Source of the DNA: an uncultured Pelagibacteraceae bacterium
GTDB taxonomy: Bacteria > Pseudomonadota > Alphaproteobacteria > Pelagibacterales > Pelagibacteraceae
Assembly: GCA_902518595.1 (NCBI GenBank)
Contig: CABYGR010000001.1
Span: 2,704-66,703 of the forward strand
Direction of reading: 5' to 3'
Length of the DNA: 64,000 nt
Both the position numbers and the translations under genes were made by a program. Of this stretch, positions 29,271 through 39,446 are shown piece by piece. The notes beneath the pieces were generated by a model. That model was given only the letters and a program-made list of their open reading frames with translations. It was not told the DNA's origin and searched no databases. How positions within the stretch are numbered: the stretch's first letter is position 1; each line of letters begins with the position of its first letter.

Positions 29271-30330
29271 GTTTTTTCCACATTAAAAAAGATAAAAAAT
29301 AAAAAATTAACAATATAAGAAAATAATTCCACTCTAATATATAATCAATGTTTGAAGAAAAATTATAAAAAATTAAAAGACCCAAAATTAATGCTGATGA
29401 AGAACATATAAAAATTACAAATGATAATTTAATAAAAATTATTTTTTCATTAAAATATTCAATAAATTGATCTTTAATTAATAAAACTTTTCTTATCAAA
29501 AAAGCTTGAGCTAAAATCTCAAATAAAATAAAAAAAACAACATAAGATCTTCTTAATTTTGTTAAAAATTCGCTATCGAAAGTCCATCCTAGGAAAAAAA
29601 CATGAAAAAATAAAAATATTGCTGAAAGAATTCCAAAAGAAAAAAAATAATAATTTTTTTTATTATTTGTTAATTTTTTAAATATAAAATTGAAATAATA
29701 CCAATAAAGTATCATCAAAATTACCGTTATATACAAAACTGGTTTAAAAAAATAATTTAATGGAAATCTTTTAACTATATTGCTTATAGACGTCTCTCCT
29801 TTAAAAAAAGGGTTTACAACTACATTTGTACCAAATGAAGCATCTTTATGGTTTTTTAATTGATATATTGACTCATAATAAAATGGAAAAATATTATAAA
29901 TAAACAAACTATTTGAGTTAAGTATGCACACCGTATCTAATTCTTTTTCTAAGGAACGTTTTAAATAAACTTCATAATTCAAATCTTTGATGATATCAGC
30001 ATTGGACTCATCAGCTCTAATTTGGTCAATTTTATCTCCTTCTTTATTTATAAAAGTTTCTGATATTTTATTTTTATAACACTGACCTAATTTAGTAAAT
30101 TTTTGATAGTCTATATTTCTATTCTTACAAAATTCATTATTTTTACTACATAAAATTGTTGAAGACTTTTCAGATTTATCTAATTTAAAATTATAATTGT
30201 AACCTTTTTCAAATTTAAAGTTTATTAGGTAGTTGTGAATTATAAGTGATCCCACTAAGCCTATTGCAGGTGTTAAAAAAAGAAAAAAAGCCAATATCCG
30301 AAGTTTTCGAATACTTTTAATTACACTCAT
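29263..30330 (-). CDS. Hypothetical membrane protein (one TM, Cys-containing soluble loop, about five TMs)
   Basis: 355-aa ORF with this hydropathy pattern; [11 protein letters not shown] and EWNYF segments; family not recognised. Confidence 0.7.
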   Translation of the reverse strand: MSVIKSIRKLRILAFFLFLTPAIGLVGSLIIHNYLINFKFEKGYNYNFKLDKSEKSSTILCSKNNEFCKNRNIDYQKFTKLGQCYKNKISETFINKEGDKIDQIRADESNADIIKDLNYEVYLKRSLEKELDTVCILNSNSLFIYNIFPFYYESIYQLKNHKDASFGTNVVVNPFFKGETSISNIVKRFPLNYFFKPVLYITVILMILYWYYFNFIFKKLTNNKKNYYFFSFGILSAIFLFFHVFFLGWTFDSEFLTKLRRSYVVFFILFEILAQAFLIRKVLLIKDQFIEYFNEKIIFIKLSFVIFICSSSALILGLLIFYNFSSNIDYILEWNYFLILLIFYFLSFLMWKKPN

Positions 30331-30341
30331 CTTAGTTGGGT

Positions 30342-30425
30342 TTATTTTTTTTTATTTTTTCTTTTAGCTCTTCTTTTTTTTGAGCCCTGTTTTCTTCGAC
30401 CTCTATGCTTTTTTGGGTACCCCAT
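30342..30425 (-). CDS. 27-aa highly basic peptide, candidate small ribosome-associated protein
   Basis: MGYPKKHRGRRKQGSKKRRAKRKNKKK*; AGAGGA RBS 4 nt before the ATG; has its own promoter. Confidence 0.7.
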   Translation of the reverse strand: MGYPKKHRGRRKQGSKKRRAKRKNKKK

Positions 30426-30459
30426 TTTATCCTCTAGTTATAATTTAATTGAAATTATA

Positions 30460-30493
30460 GGCCGGATATAGCATTGTCCGTACTAGTTATCAA
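30460..30493 (-). promoter_or_regulatory. Sigma70-type promoter with GC-rich discriminator for the 27-aa peptide
   Basis: Minus strand TTGATA-N17-TATATC-CGGCC. Confidence 0.55.
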
Positions 30494-30500
30494 ATTTTTT

Positions 30501-31676
30501 ATGTCAAATTCATTTAAAACCTTTTTAAAACACACAGCAAAAGACTTTCATAATCAGTCAGTTAATCCTCCAGTTGTGAGAGCTTCAACTATAATTTTTA
30601 AGTCTATGCAACACATTAGAAAGACTCAAGCCAAAGCAGAAAAAAATCCAACTGGCGGTTACTATGATTACGGTAGACAAGGAACTTCAACTACTCACAT
30701 ACTTCAAAAAATACTTACTAAACTAGAGGAAAGTTATCATGTTTTTACAACACCAACTGGTTTTGGGTCGGTCTTTCTAGCAATTTTCAGCATTATGAGA
30801 CCAAATGATGAAATGTTGGTAGCAGATCCTGTGTATAGTCCTACAAGACTTTTAACACAAGATTATTTAAAAGAATTTAATATAAAAACAATTTTTTATA
30901 ACCCTCATGACCTTAAAACATTACAAGATAACATAAATAAAAAAACAAAATTAATTTTTGTTGAAAATCCAGGAAGTAATTCATTTGAATTTCAAGACCT
31001 AGGAAAAATTATATCCATTGCAAAAAAAAATAAGATAGTTACAGCAATAGATAATACTTGGGCTACACCATATTATTTTAAACCAATTAAATTTGGCTTT
31101 GATATGTCGATTGTATCTGCGACTAAATATTATTCAGGCCATTCAGATGTCATGGGAGGTAGTTTGGCTGTAAATAAAAAAGTTTTTAATAGAGTTAAAG
31201 CTGCTGAAAAAATTACAGGTTTAAGACTAGGACCAGATGATGCATATTTAATCACGAGAGGATTAAGAACACTTGATATAAGATTAGATAGACACAGGGA
31301 AAACGCAAAAAAAGTTGCAGGTTTTTTATCTAGAAATAAAAAAATTAAATTACTTTATCCATATAAAAAAAATTCTTACAATTTTAGAATGTGGAAAAAA
31401 TATTACTCTGGTGCCTCAGGTTTAATGGGATTAAAAATAAAAGCTAAAAATGTTAATTCAATCAAGAAGTTTGTAAATTCATTAAAATTATTTGGCTATG
31501 GTTATAGCTGGGGTGGTTTTGAAAGTTTAGTTTTACATCAAGAGTTTAGAGAAACTGGAAAAAGAAGATATTTAAATTTAGCAAAAGATGAACATCTTGT
31601 TAGATTACATATAGGTCTCGAAGACCCAAATGACTTAATCGCAGATATTAGACAAGCATTAAGACATTTAAAATGA
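30501..31676 (+). CDS. metC: Cystathionine beta-lyase
   Basis: VNPPVVRASTI, YGRQGT, ENPGS, DNTWAT, SATKYYSGHSD, YSWGGFES, RLHIGLED. Confidence 0.93.
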   Translation: MSNSFKTFLKHTAKDFHNQSVNPPVVRASTIIFKSMQHIRKTQAKAEKNPTGGYYDYGRQGTSTTHILQKILTKLEESYHVFTTPTGFGSVFLAIFSIMRPNDEMLVADPVYSPTRLLTQDYLKEFNIKTIFYNPHDLKTLQDNINKKTKLIFVENPGSNSFEFQDLGKIISIAKKNKIVTAIDNTWATPYYFKPIKFGFDMSIVSATKYYSGHSDVMGGSLAVNKKVFNRVKAAEKITGLRLGPDDAYLITRGLRTLDIRLDRHRENAKKVAGFLSRNKKIKLLYPYKKNSYNFRMWKKYYSGASGLMGLKIKAKNVNSIKKFVNSLKLFGYGYSWGGFESLVLHQEFRETGKRRYLNLAKDEHLVRLHIGLEDPNDLIADIRQALRHLK

Positions 31677-32893
31677 TACCAGAAAAATTTTTCAAATCTA
31701 AAACTTCAATAGTAACTTTATTTGCTGCATGCTTTGTAGTCTTAATTTCACTAGGTGTGAGACAAACTTTTGGCTTATTCTTTATGGATTTTAATGAAAG
31801 TTTAAATATTAGTAATACAGCTTTTGGACTTGCAATAGGAATACAAATGTTAATGTGGGGTTTAACTGGCCCTATTTTTGGTGCGATAGCTGATAGATAT
31901 GGTGGACATATAGCTATAATTTCTGCATTTATATTTTATACCTTAGGTACTTATTTCTTATATACTGGTCCTAACACTGGAATCTTCTTTCAAATTCATA
32001 TGGGTTTATTAATAGGAATTGGACTTGGTGGTACTGCAATAAGTATTCCCATGTCAATTGTAGGTAAGCATTTTCCATTATCAACTAGGACAATTGCAAT
32101 GAGTTTTGTCACTGCTGTTGGATCTTTTGGTTATTTCCTTTCACCAATTTTTACCAACTATTCTTTAGCTGAATTTGGTTGGAATTATACCTTATTTATC
32201 TTTTCTTTATTTTTACTAACTGGATTGGTTGCTGCATATTTTGTAAGATCTCCATCAGATTCTGAAAGTATAGAAAAATCATCAAATCAATCATTTAAAG
32301 AGGCTTTAACAGAGGCTTTTAAAACTAAAAGTTATATTTTGCTGGTCTCAGGTTTTTTCGTTTGTGGCTTCCATATTACATTGGTTGGAACTCATGTACC
32401 TAAGTATGTTATCGATAGAGGATTAGAAGACTGGACTGCTGCTGCTATTTTATCATTGATTGGTTTATTTAACATTTTTGGCTCTTTGTTGAGTGGTTAT
32501 CTTTCAGCAAAAATGAGTAAAAAAATTATTCTTAGTGGAATTTATTTTCTTCGAGGCATTTCCATTATTCTTTTTATATTTACACCCGCAAGTAATATAA
32601 GTGCGTTTTTATTTGGAGCTAGCTTTGGTTTTTTATGGTTATCTACAGTGCCAGCAACAAGTGGAATTGTGGCACATATGTTTGGTACTAAATATCTTGG
32701 AATGCTGTACGGGATTGTTTTTTTAAGTCATCAAATTGGTTCGTTCTTTGGTGCATATTTAGGAGGTTTATTTTATGACCTTTATGGTTCTTACGATTAT
32801 GCGTGGTATTTAGCAATTGCTTTATCTGTATTCGCAGCAATAATACATTTGCCAATTAAGGAAGAACCAGTTTTGAGATTGAAAACAGAATAA
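31673..32893 (+). CDS. MFS transporter
   Basis: Twelve TMs; GAIADRYG, GFFVCGFH, SHQIGSF. Confidence 0.92.
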   Translation: MIPEKFFKSKTSIVTLFAACFVVLISLGVRQTFGLFFMDFNESLNISNTAFGLAIGIQMLMWGLTGPIFGAIADRYGGHIAIISAFIFYTLGTYFLYTGPNTGIFFQIHMGLLIGIGLGGTAISIPMSIVGKHFPLSTRTIAMSFVTAVGSFGYFLSPIFTNYSLAEFGWNYTLFIFSLFLLTGLVAAYFVRSPSDSESIEKSSNQSFKEALTEAFKTKSYILLVSGFFVCGFHITLVGTHVPKYVIDRGLEDWTAAAILSLIGLFNIFGSLLSGYLSAKMSKKIILSGIYFLRGISIILFIFTPASNISAFLFGASFGFLWLSTVPATSGIVAHMFGTKYLGMLYGIVFLSHQIGSFFGAYLGGLFYDLYGSYDYAWYLAIALSVFAAIIHLPIKEEPVLRLKTE

Positions 32894-32894
32894 A

Positions 32895-34055
32895 TTGAAT
32901 AAACAAAACTTATTAGCTGATCTACATCATTCAGGAAAGCCATATATTATTTATAAATCTAACAAGGGTTTTAATTTATATACAAATTTTTCAAAAAAAA
33001 TTATCTTAAATAAAAAAAATATTTATAAATTTTTAAACAAAAAGAACATCAATAAAAAATGTAAAAAAACTGATTTATTTATAGGTTTTTTTGGATATGA
33101 ATTATTAAATAATTTAATTGGTATCAAAATCCCAAAACAAAAAAATATTAACTTACCAAAAGGGATTTTTTACAAACCCGAAACTAAAATAGACTTAACT
33201 AATAATTTAAATTATAGGAACGGCGATAATATTAAACAAAAGAACAATTTCAAAATAAATATAAATAAAAAAACTTATACAAAAATTTTTGATAAATTTA
33301 AAAAAAAAATTAAAAGTGGTGAAACTTATCAAATTAAGATCTGTACAAAGTACAAAACAAGTTCAAAAATAAATCCTCTAGATTTCTTTTGCAGATTATC
33401 AAAAACAAATTTAGCTCCAGAAGCTTTTATGATTAAGGATAAAAATTATTCGATAATAAGCTGTTCCCCTGAAAATCTAATTACTAAAAAAAGCTCTTTA
33501 ATAACAACTAAGCCTATAGCAGGAACTGTTAAGAAAAATAAAAATATGAATAAAGTTAAGGCATTAAATTTTTTTAGGAAAAATCTTAAAGAAACTAAAG
33601 AACATAATATGATAGTTGATATGGAAAGAAATGATCTATCTCGTATTTGCAAAGTAGGATCTGTTAAATTATCAAAAAAAAGAGTCGTTGAAGAGTATAA
33701 GGACCTTTTTCATTGTGTCAGCTTAATAAAAGGAAAATTAAAAAAAGGGATTAAAAATATTGATATCATTAAAGCTATGATGCCGGGTGGTTCAGTAATC
33801 GGCTGTCCAAAAATAAGCACTCTTAATCTTTTAAATAACCAAGAAAAAGAAAATAGAAATATCTACACTGGAAGTTTTGGTTATATAAAGTTTAATGGAG
33901 ATATGAGATTTAATATCATTATTAGATCAATTCTAAATTTTAAAAATATTTCAGAGATTTCAGTAGCTTCGGGTGTTGTTGTAGACAGTAACGCTAAACA
34001 TGAATTTAATGAGAATTATATAAAAGCTAAGGCATTAATTGATTTATTTAAATGA
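32895..34055 (+). CDS. pabB: Aminodeoxychorismate synthase component I (chorismate-binding protein)
   Basis: SCSPE, TKPIAGT, EHNMIVDMERNDL, PGGSVIGCPK, NIIIRS; short N-terminal domain. Confidence 0.82.
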   Translation: MNKQNLLADLHHSGKPYIIYKSNKGFNLYTNFSKKIILNKKNIYKFLNKKNINKKCKKTDLFIGFFGYELLNNLIGIKIPKQKNINLPKGIFYKPETKIDLTNNLNYRNGDNIKQKNNFKININKKTYTKIFDKFKKKIKSGETYQIKICTKYKTSSKINPLDFFCRLSKTNLAPEAFMIKDKNYSIISCSPENLITKKSSLITTKPIAGTVKKNKNMNKVKALNFFRKNLKETKEHNMIVDMERNDLSRICKVGSVKLSKKRVVEEYKDLFHCVSLIKGKLKKGIKNIDIIKAMMPGGSVIGCPKISTLNLLNNQEKENRNIYTGSFGYIKFNGDMRFNIIIRSILNFKNISEISVASGVVVDSNAKHEFNENYIKAKALIDLFK

Positions 34056-34609
34056 TTTACATAATTGATCACAACGATTCATTTACTCACAATATAGTCC
34101 ATCAATTCTCGTTATTTGATAAAGTTGAATGTGATAACTATAACAATGTAAACAAAGCTAAACTTAAAAAAGCCTCAATAATTGTTTTTTCACCTGGCCC
34201 TGGAAATCCAAAAGATTATCCAATAACCTCAAAAATCTACAAAGAATTTAAGAGTAAAAAAAAGATTATAGGCATTTGTTTAGGTTTTCAACAGATACTA
34301 TTTTGTGAAGGCGCAAAAATAGTAGAACAAAAAAAAATTTATCATGGATTTCAATCCAGTATCCAAGTTATCAATGACAAATCATTATTTTATAAAGGCA
34401 GAAAATTTAAAGTGGGTCGATATCATTCTTTAAAATTAAAAGAACCTTTTAAAATTAAAAATTTTGATATAACTATGAGATGTTTAGAATCAAATGTTGC
34501 AATGTCTTTTGAAAATAGCAAAGATAAAATTTATGGATTTCAATTTCACCCTGAGTCATTTTTAACTATCAATGGCAACTTTCTTATTAAAAAAATCTTA
34601 TTGGCTTAA
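34052..34609 (+). CDS. pabA: Aminodeoxychorismate synthase glutamine amidotransferase subunit
   Basis: IDHNDSFTHN, SPGPG, GICLGFQ, RYHSL, QFHPES. Confidence 0.85.
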   Translation: MIYIIDHNDSFTHNIVHQFSLFDKVECDNYNNVNKAKLKKASIIVFSPGPGNPKDYPITSKIYKEFKSKKKIIGICLGFQQILFCEGAKIVEQKKIYHGFQSSIQVINDKSLFYKGRKFKVGRYHSLKLKEPFKIKNFDITMRCLESNVAMSFENSKDKIYGFQFHPESFLTINGNFLIKKILLA

Positions 34610-35345
34610 GAATTTGCAAGAAGTAAGTTTTAGAGATTTATGGGGCGATCATGGTATTTTCACTACAATGTGGATCTTTGGAAAACCTCCAAAAATTTTA
34701 TTTTTTGAAAATCACATAAAAAATTTAGTTGAGTCTCTTGAAAAATATGGAATTAAAAAAAAATTTATTCAAAAAGATATTTTAAAGATTATAAATAAAA
34801 ATTTATCTAAAAAAACTAATTATAATCATTTACTTAGAATTGCTTTAAATAAAAGAGTAATTTCTATATCTTTAAGAAAAAGATTTTCACCAAAGTTAGA
34901 TTTTGATTTAAAAATTGTAAACTTAAAACGTGAAAAGCCTAAATATAAAAACTTAAAATATAAAAAAATTTTATCACATTTATCAAAAATGGATAATTCG
35001 AAATCAGATATTGCTCTTATAGTTAAAAAGAAAATTTTAGAGTCAGGAACCTCTAATTTACTGTTTATAAAAGATAAAAAAGTTTTCACACCGAAAAAAG
35101 ATTACTATGAAGGAAATACTTATAAATTTTTTAGAACTAAGATTAAAAAAATAATCAAAAAAGATATTTTGATTAAAGAATTAAAAAATTTTGATGAAAT
35201 TCTATTAGTTGGTTCTGGAAAAGGAGTTGCATCTGTAAAAACAATCAAACAAATTGGATGGAAAAGAAAAAATTTAAGTCAATTTAAAATATTTTCAAGA
35301 TATTACACTTTAGCAACCAAAAAATGTAAATTATATAAATTTTGA
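34572..35345 (+). CDS. pabC: Aminotransferase class IV protein, probable 4-amino-4-deoxychorismate lyase
   Basis: GIFTTM, YKNLKY, ILESGTSNL, EILLVGSGKG; position after pabBA. Confidence 0.7.
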   Translation: MATFLLKKSYWLKNLQEVSFRDLWGDHGIFTTMWIFGKPPKILFFENHIKNLVESLEKYGIKKKFIQKDILKIINKNLSKKTNYNHLLRIALNKRVISISLRKRFSPKLDFDLKIVNLKREKPKYKNLKYKKILSHLSKMDNSKSDIALIVKKKILESGTSNLLFIKDKKVFTPKKDYYEGNTYKFFRTKIKKIIKKDILIKELKNFDEILLVGSGKGVASVKTIKQIGWKRKNLSQFKIFSRYYTLATKKCKLYKF

Positions 35346-35349
35346 TAAT

Positions 35350-35748
35350 ATGAGGGATCCAAATAATCCGTGTTTATTTTGCAATATCAAAGAGAGTGGA
35401 AATATTTATGAAAATGATCTTGCTTATGCTAGTTATGACTCATATCCAGTATCAGAAAATCATTGTCTAATAATTCCTAGAAGACATATTAAAGATTACT
35501 TTGATTTATCTAATGAAGAACTTGTTGCATGTAATGATATTATTAAAGTAATGAAAAATAAAATCCTTAATAAGGATCAAAAAGTAAAAGGTTTTAATAT
35601 TGGAATAAATATTGGAAAGGTTTCAGGACAGTCCATTTTTCACTGTCATATCCATTTGATTCCACGTAGAGACGGTGATGTTGAGAATCCTCAAGGAGGG
35701 GTTAGATCTGTGATACCAATGAAGCAACATTATAAACGTAAAATATAG
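35350..35748 (+). CDS. HIT family nucleotide hydrolase/phosphorylase
   Basis: CLFC, YPVSENHCLIIP, GFNIGINIG, HCHIHLIPRR histidine triad. Confidence 0.93.
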   Translation: MRDPNNPCLFCNIKESGNIYENDLAYASYDSYPVSENHCLIIPRRHIKDYFDLSNEELVACNDIIKVMKNKILNKDQKVKGFNIGINIGKVSGQSIFHCHIHLIPRRDGDVENPQGGVRSVIPMKQHYKRKI

Positions 35749-35846
35749 CTTGTTATTAAGGACAAATTAACCAGAGTTTGAGGTTGAACTATTAATCCAA
35801 CTATATATAAAACCTAAAATTACTCAAAAACTAACTATAGGCGGAA

Positions 35847-36641
35847 ATGTTAAGCAATAATCCTTATTCTATTTTGGCAGAGACTATCTCACCGCTTGTA
35901 ATGCAATATTTTATTTTAGCGATGATACTTTTGATTTTAGTTGGAACAATTATTCAAATGATTCATCACAAGAATCTTACATATTTTTTTAATAATGCAA
36001 AAAAAGCAAAACTTTCGGCAACTAAAAAATTAGGTATGGGAGAAAAAGTATCTATCATTGCCAAAACAACAGTAGTCGATATTGGTACAACTTCTGAACT
36101 TGGTATTGGTAAAAGACGACTTTCGCATGTGCTTGGAATGTATGGAACTATTTTATTTTGGGTATCTTCAGTAGTATTAGTTTTTTGTTATACAGGTGTA
36201 GGTAAATCTAATTCGGAAGCATGGTCAATACTATGGCATGCAGGAGCAATCTTAACTTGCTTAGGTGGATATTGGTTTTGGTTTTTTCTAAGGGTAGATG
36301 TATCTTCAGAAGCGCATCCTTGGTATAGAATTATTAAAGCAGATTTATTTGTATTAGCATTACTTGCTTGTGCAACTTTCGGATTAATTTGGTCATATAC
36401 ACAATTTAAAGGACAAATTAGTCTTTCTTATATATTTTTAACTTTATTTGTGGCTTCAAATTTAATTTTATTTGGTGGTGTTTATTGGTCTAAATTTGCA
36501 CACATGTTTTATAAACCAGGAGCTGCTATACAAAAAAATTTAGCTGAAGCAGATGGATCTAGAGATAATCTTCCTCCACCAGCAGATGCCCCTGAGCAAT
36601 TTGGCCTAGGTATAAAAAGAGAAGAGCCAAAACATTATTAA
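35847..36641 (+). CDS. aprM: APS reductase membrane anchor
   Basis: Five TMs; RRLSHVLGMYG, GGYWFWFFLRVDV, WSKFAHMFYKP; directly before aprBA. Confidence 0.92.
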   Translation: MLSNNPYSILAETISPLVMQYFILAMILLILVGTIIQMIHHKNLTYFFNNAKKAKLSATKKLGMGEKVSIIAKTTVVDIGTTSELGIGKRRLSHVLGMYGTILFWVSSVVLVFCYTGVGKSNSEAWSILWHAGAILTCLGGYWFWFFLRVDVSSEAHPWYRIIKADLFVLALLACATFGLIWSYTQFKGQISLSYIFLTLFVASNLILFGGVYWSKFAHMFYKPGAAIQKNLAEADGSRDNLPPPADAPEQFGLGIKREEPKHY

Positions 36642-36672
36642 TGTGTTAATAAAAAAGGAGTAAAATAAAAAT

Positions 36673-37143
36673 ATGTCAACTTTTGTATACATGACTAGAT
36701 GTGATGGCTGTGGTCATTGCGTAGATATTTGTCCATCAGATATTATGCATATTGATGAAAATATCAGACGTGCAAAAAATATTGAACCAAACTTTTGTTG
36801 GGAATGTTATTCATGTGTTAAAGCATGTCCAAATCATGCGATTGATGTTAGGGGTTATGCAGATTTTGCTCCTATGGGTCATAGTGTAAGAGTAAGAAGA
36901 GAAGAAGAAAAAGGAACAATCTCTTGGAAAATTAAATTTAGAAATGGAACTGAAAAAAACTTTGTGTCACCAATTACAACTAAACCTTGGGGAAAATTTA
37001 TTCCTAAACTATCAGAGGGTGATAAACCCAATCAAGGGGAAATTAATACTCAGAGACTATATAAAGAACCAGAAGGTTTAAATACTAAAAAAGAGTTACC
37101 ATCAGTTCCTAAAGAGTCTTTTAAAAAAGGTGTTTATTATTAA
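36673..37143 (+). CDS. aprB: Adenylylsulfate reductase beta subunit
   Basis: CDGCGHCVDICP and CWECYSCVKACP 4Fe-4S motifs; VRGYADF; AAGGAG RBS. Confidence 0.97.
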   Translation: MSTFVYMTRCDGCGHCVDICPSDIMHIDENIRRAKNIEPNFCWECYSCVKACPNHAIDVRGYADFAPMGHSVRVRREEEKGTISWKIKFRNGTEKNFVSPITTKPWGKFIPKLSEGDKPNQGEINTQRLYKEPEGLNTKKELPSVPKESFKKGVYY

Positions 37144-39002
37144 TGGCTAAACATAAGACTCATTTTGAAGATTGTGATGTATTAGTTGTAGGTGGAGGTA
37201 TGGCAGGTACCGGAGCTACTTTTGAAGCTAGACACTGGGGTAGAAACTTAAAAATTATTTGTGTTGAAAAAGCAAATATAGATAGAAGTGGTGCAGTTGC
37301 TCAAGGATTGTATGCAATTAACTGTTATATGGGAATGCAATGGGATGAAAACCAGCCAGAAGACCATGTAAGATATGCTCGTAATGACTTGATGGGAATG
37401 GTTAGAGAAGATTTAGGTTATGACATGGCTCGCCATGTAGACTCAACGGTACATATGTTTGATGAATGGGGTCTACCTATGATGAAAAATGAAAAAACTG
37501 GAAGATATTTAAGAGAAGGTAAATGGCAAATAATGATTCATGGTGAAAGCTACAAACCTATTGTTGCTGAAGCTGCAAAAAAATCTGCAGATAAAATTTA
37601 TAATAGAATAATGATTACTCATCTTTTAATGGACGAGTCTAAAGATAATAGAGTAGGTGGAGCAGTTGGTTTTAATATGAGAACTGGAGATTTTCATGTA
37701 TTTAGATCAAAAACTGTCATAGTTGCTGCTGGAGGAGCCTCTCACATTTTTAAACCAAGAGCAGTTGGAGAAGGAATGGGCAGAACATGGTATGCTCCTT
37801 GGAGTAATGGTTCAGCATATGCATTACCTATTGCTGCAGGTGCAAAAATGACTCAAATGGAAAATAGAATTGTCTTATGTAGATTTAAAGATGGTTATGG
37901 TCCAGTTGGGGCTTATTTTTTACACTTAAAAACTTATACTCAAAATGCTAATGGGGAAAATTATGAAAAAAAATGGTATGATCAAACAAAAGAATTAGTT
38001 GGCGAATATATTGATCATCACCCAACTCCTACTTGTTTAAGGAATCATGCATTTATTCAAGAGACAATGGCTGGTGGAGGACCAATTCAAATGGTTACTA
38101 CTGAAGCTTTTCAAGACCCACATTTAGAAACAGTAGGTTGGGAAAATTTTTTAGGAATGACTGTAGGTCAAGCAGTTGTGTGGGCATCTCAAAATATTGA
38201 TCCAAAATACACAAATCCAGAATTAACTACTTCAGAGCCATATGTGATGGGATCTCATGCAACATGTTCAGGAGCTTGGGTTAGTGGACCAGAAGATTTA
38301 TCTCCACCAGAATACTTTTGGGGTTATAACAGAATGTTGACTATAGATGGTCTATTTGGTGCAGGAGACACTGTTGGTGGAAGTGCTCATAAATTTTCGT
38401 CAGGATCATTTACAGAAGGCCGTTTAGCAGCAAAAGCAGCAGTTAAATACATTGAAGATCAAAAAGCTGATGGAATAAACGTTACAGATAAACAGTGCGA
38501 AGATTTTAAAACTAAAGTTTATAAACCTCTAGATACTTACACTGTAGCTCAAAATGAAATTACTGGTGGAACAGTTTCTCCTAGCTACATATCACCAATC
38601 CAAGGCTTACAAAGGCTTCAAAGAATTATGGATGAATATGTTGGTGGAATAGCAACTAATTACATGACTAATGAAAATATGCTTAAAAGAGGTTTAGAAT
38701 TATTAGCTTGGTTAGAAGAAGACTTAGAAAAAGTAGGTGCTGAAGACTATCATCAGTTAATGAGAGCTTGGGAGCTAAAACATAGAGCCTTAACTTCTCA
38801 ATGTGTAACAGAGCACACTTTATTTAGGGAGGAAACTCGTTGGCCCGGATATTATTACAGAGGGGACCATATGAAACTAGATGATGATAATTGGCATTGC
38901 TTAACTGTTTCAAGAAGAGACCCCAAGACTGGTAAATTTACAATGGAAAAAGTGCCTGTTTATCATATTGTAGATGAAAAAGAGAAAAAGAAAGCCTCTT
39001 AA
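37143..39002 (+). CDS. aprA: Adenylylsulfate reductase alpha subunit
   Basis: GGGMAG, RSGAVAQGL, GKWQIMIHGESYKP, RFKDGYGPVGA, HKFSSGS, REETRWPG. Confidence 0.98.
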   Translation: MAKHKTHFEDCDVLVVGGGMAGTGATFEARHWGRNLKIICVEKANIDRSGAVAQGLYAINCYMGMQWDENQPEDHVRYARNDLMGMVREDLGYDMARHVDSTVHMFDEWGLPMMKNEKTGRYLREGKWQIMIHGESYKPIVAEAAKKSADKIYNRIMITHLLMDESKDNRVGGAVGFNMRTGDFHVFRSKTVIVAAGGASHIFKPRAVGEGMGRTWYAPWSNGSAYALPIAAGAKMTQMENRIVLCRFKDGYGPVGAYFLHLKTYTQNANGENYEKKWYDQTKELVGEYIDHHPTPTCLRNHAFIQETMAGGGPIQMVTTEAFQDPHLETVGWENFLGMTVGQAVVWASQNIDPKYTNPELTTSEPYVMGSHATCSGAWVSGPEDLSPPEYFWGYNRMLTIDGLFGAGDTVGGSAHKFSSGSFTEGRLAAKAAVKYIEDQKADGINVTDKQCEDFKTKVYKPLDTYTVAQNEITGGTVSPSYISPIQGLQRLQRIMDEYVGGIATNYMTNENMLKRGLELLAWLEEDLEKVGAEDYHQLMRAWELKHRALTSQCVTEHTLFREETRWPGYYYRGDHMKLDDDNWHCLTVSRRDPKTGKFTMEKVPVYHIVDEKEKKKAS

Positions 39003-39029
39003 AGATTATATATTAAGTGTGAATCATCA

Positions 39030-39380
39030 ATGGATCTTTTAGCTAAATCCGAAGAAGATATTTTTGAAATTGGTAAACCATTTTGGGAGAATCTAGTTAG
39101 ATCATCAAATCTTAAAGATTATGGGGGATTTACTAAAGATTTTTCAACTCAGATGCTGTTTGGAGCTAACGAAGTGGAACTAGGTAAGCAATGGGCTAAC
39201 AATGAACTTATTACTAATTTAAATGAAACTTACGAGCCTTTTGGGACTTTAAAAAGGGGTGAACATATTACTATTCTTATTAAACAAACTAATAAGAAAA
39301 TTCCAGGTGAGTTTTTAGGCAGATTGGTTCTAGGTTTAGAGGACGGTGTGATCAAGGTTTTTGGAGCAACCATTTATTAA
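39030..39380 (+). CDS. Hypothetical 116-aa protein (NTF2/DUF3887-like appearance)
   Basis: ORF 27 nt after aprA; helix-helix then beta-meander pattern (DYGGFTKDFS...EFLGRLVL). Confidence 0.6.
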   Translation: MDLLAKSEEDIFEIGKPFWENLVRSSNLKDYGGFTKDFSTQMLFGANEVELGKQWANNELITNLNETYEPFGTLKRGEHITILIKQTNKKIPGEFLGRLVLGLEDGVIKVFGATIY

Positions 39381-39446
39381 TTAAAAAAAACTGTTCTATT
39401 CAATTATAGTTTGACAATTTTTTTCTTAGGTGTATGAGAAATGTAG

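Noticed and set aside
30426-30500. SAM-V or SAM-II riboswitch upstream of metC (CGGATA/TGTCCG mini-hairpin)
   Set aside because: No SAM-V/II consensus. The GC-rich tract is better explained as the minus-strand promoter of the 27-aa peptide.
32895-34609. trpE/trpG assignment
   Set aside because: No trpD or trpC nearby and a class IV aminotransferase follows, which fits pabBAC better.
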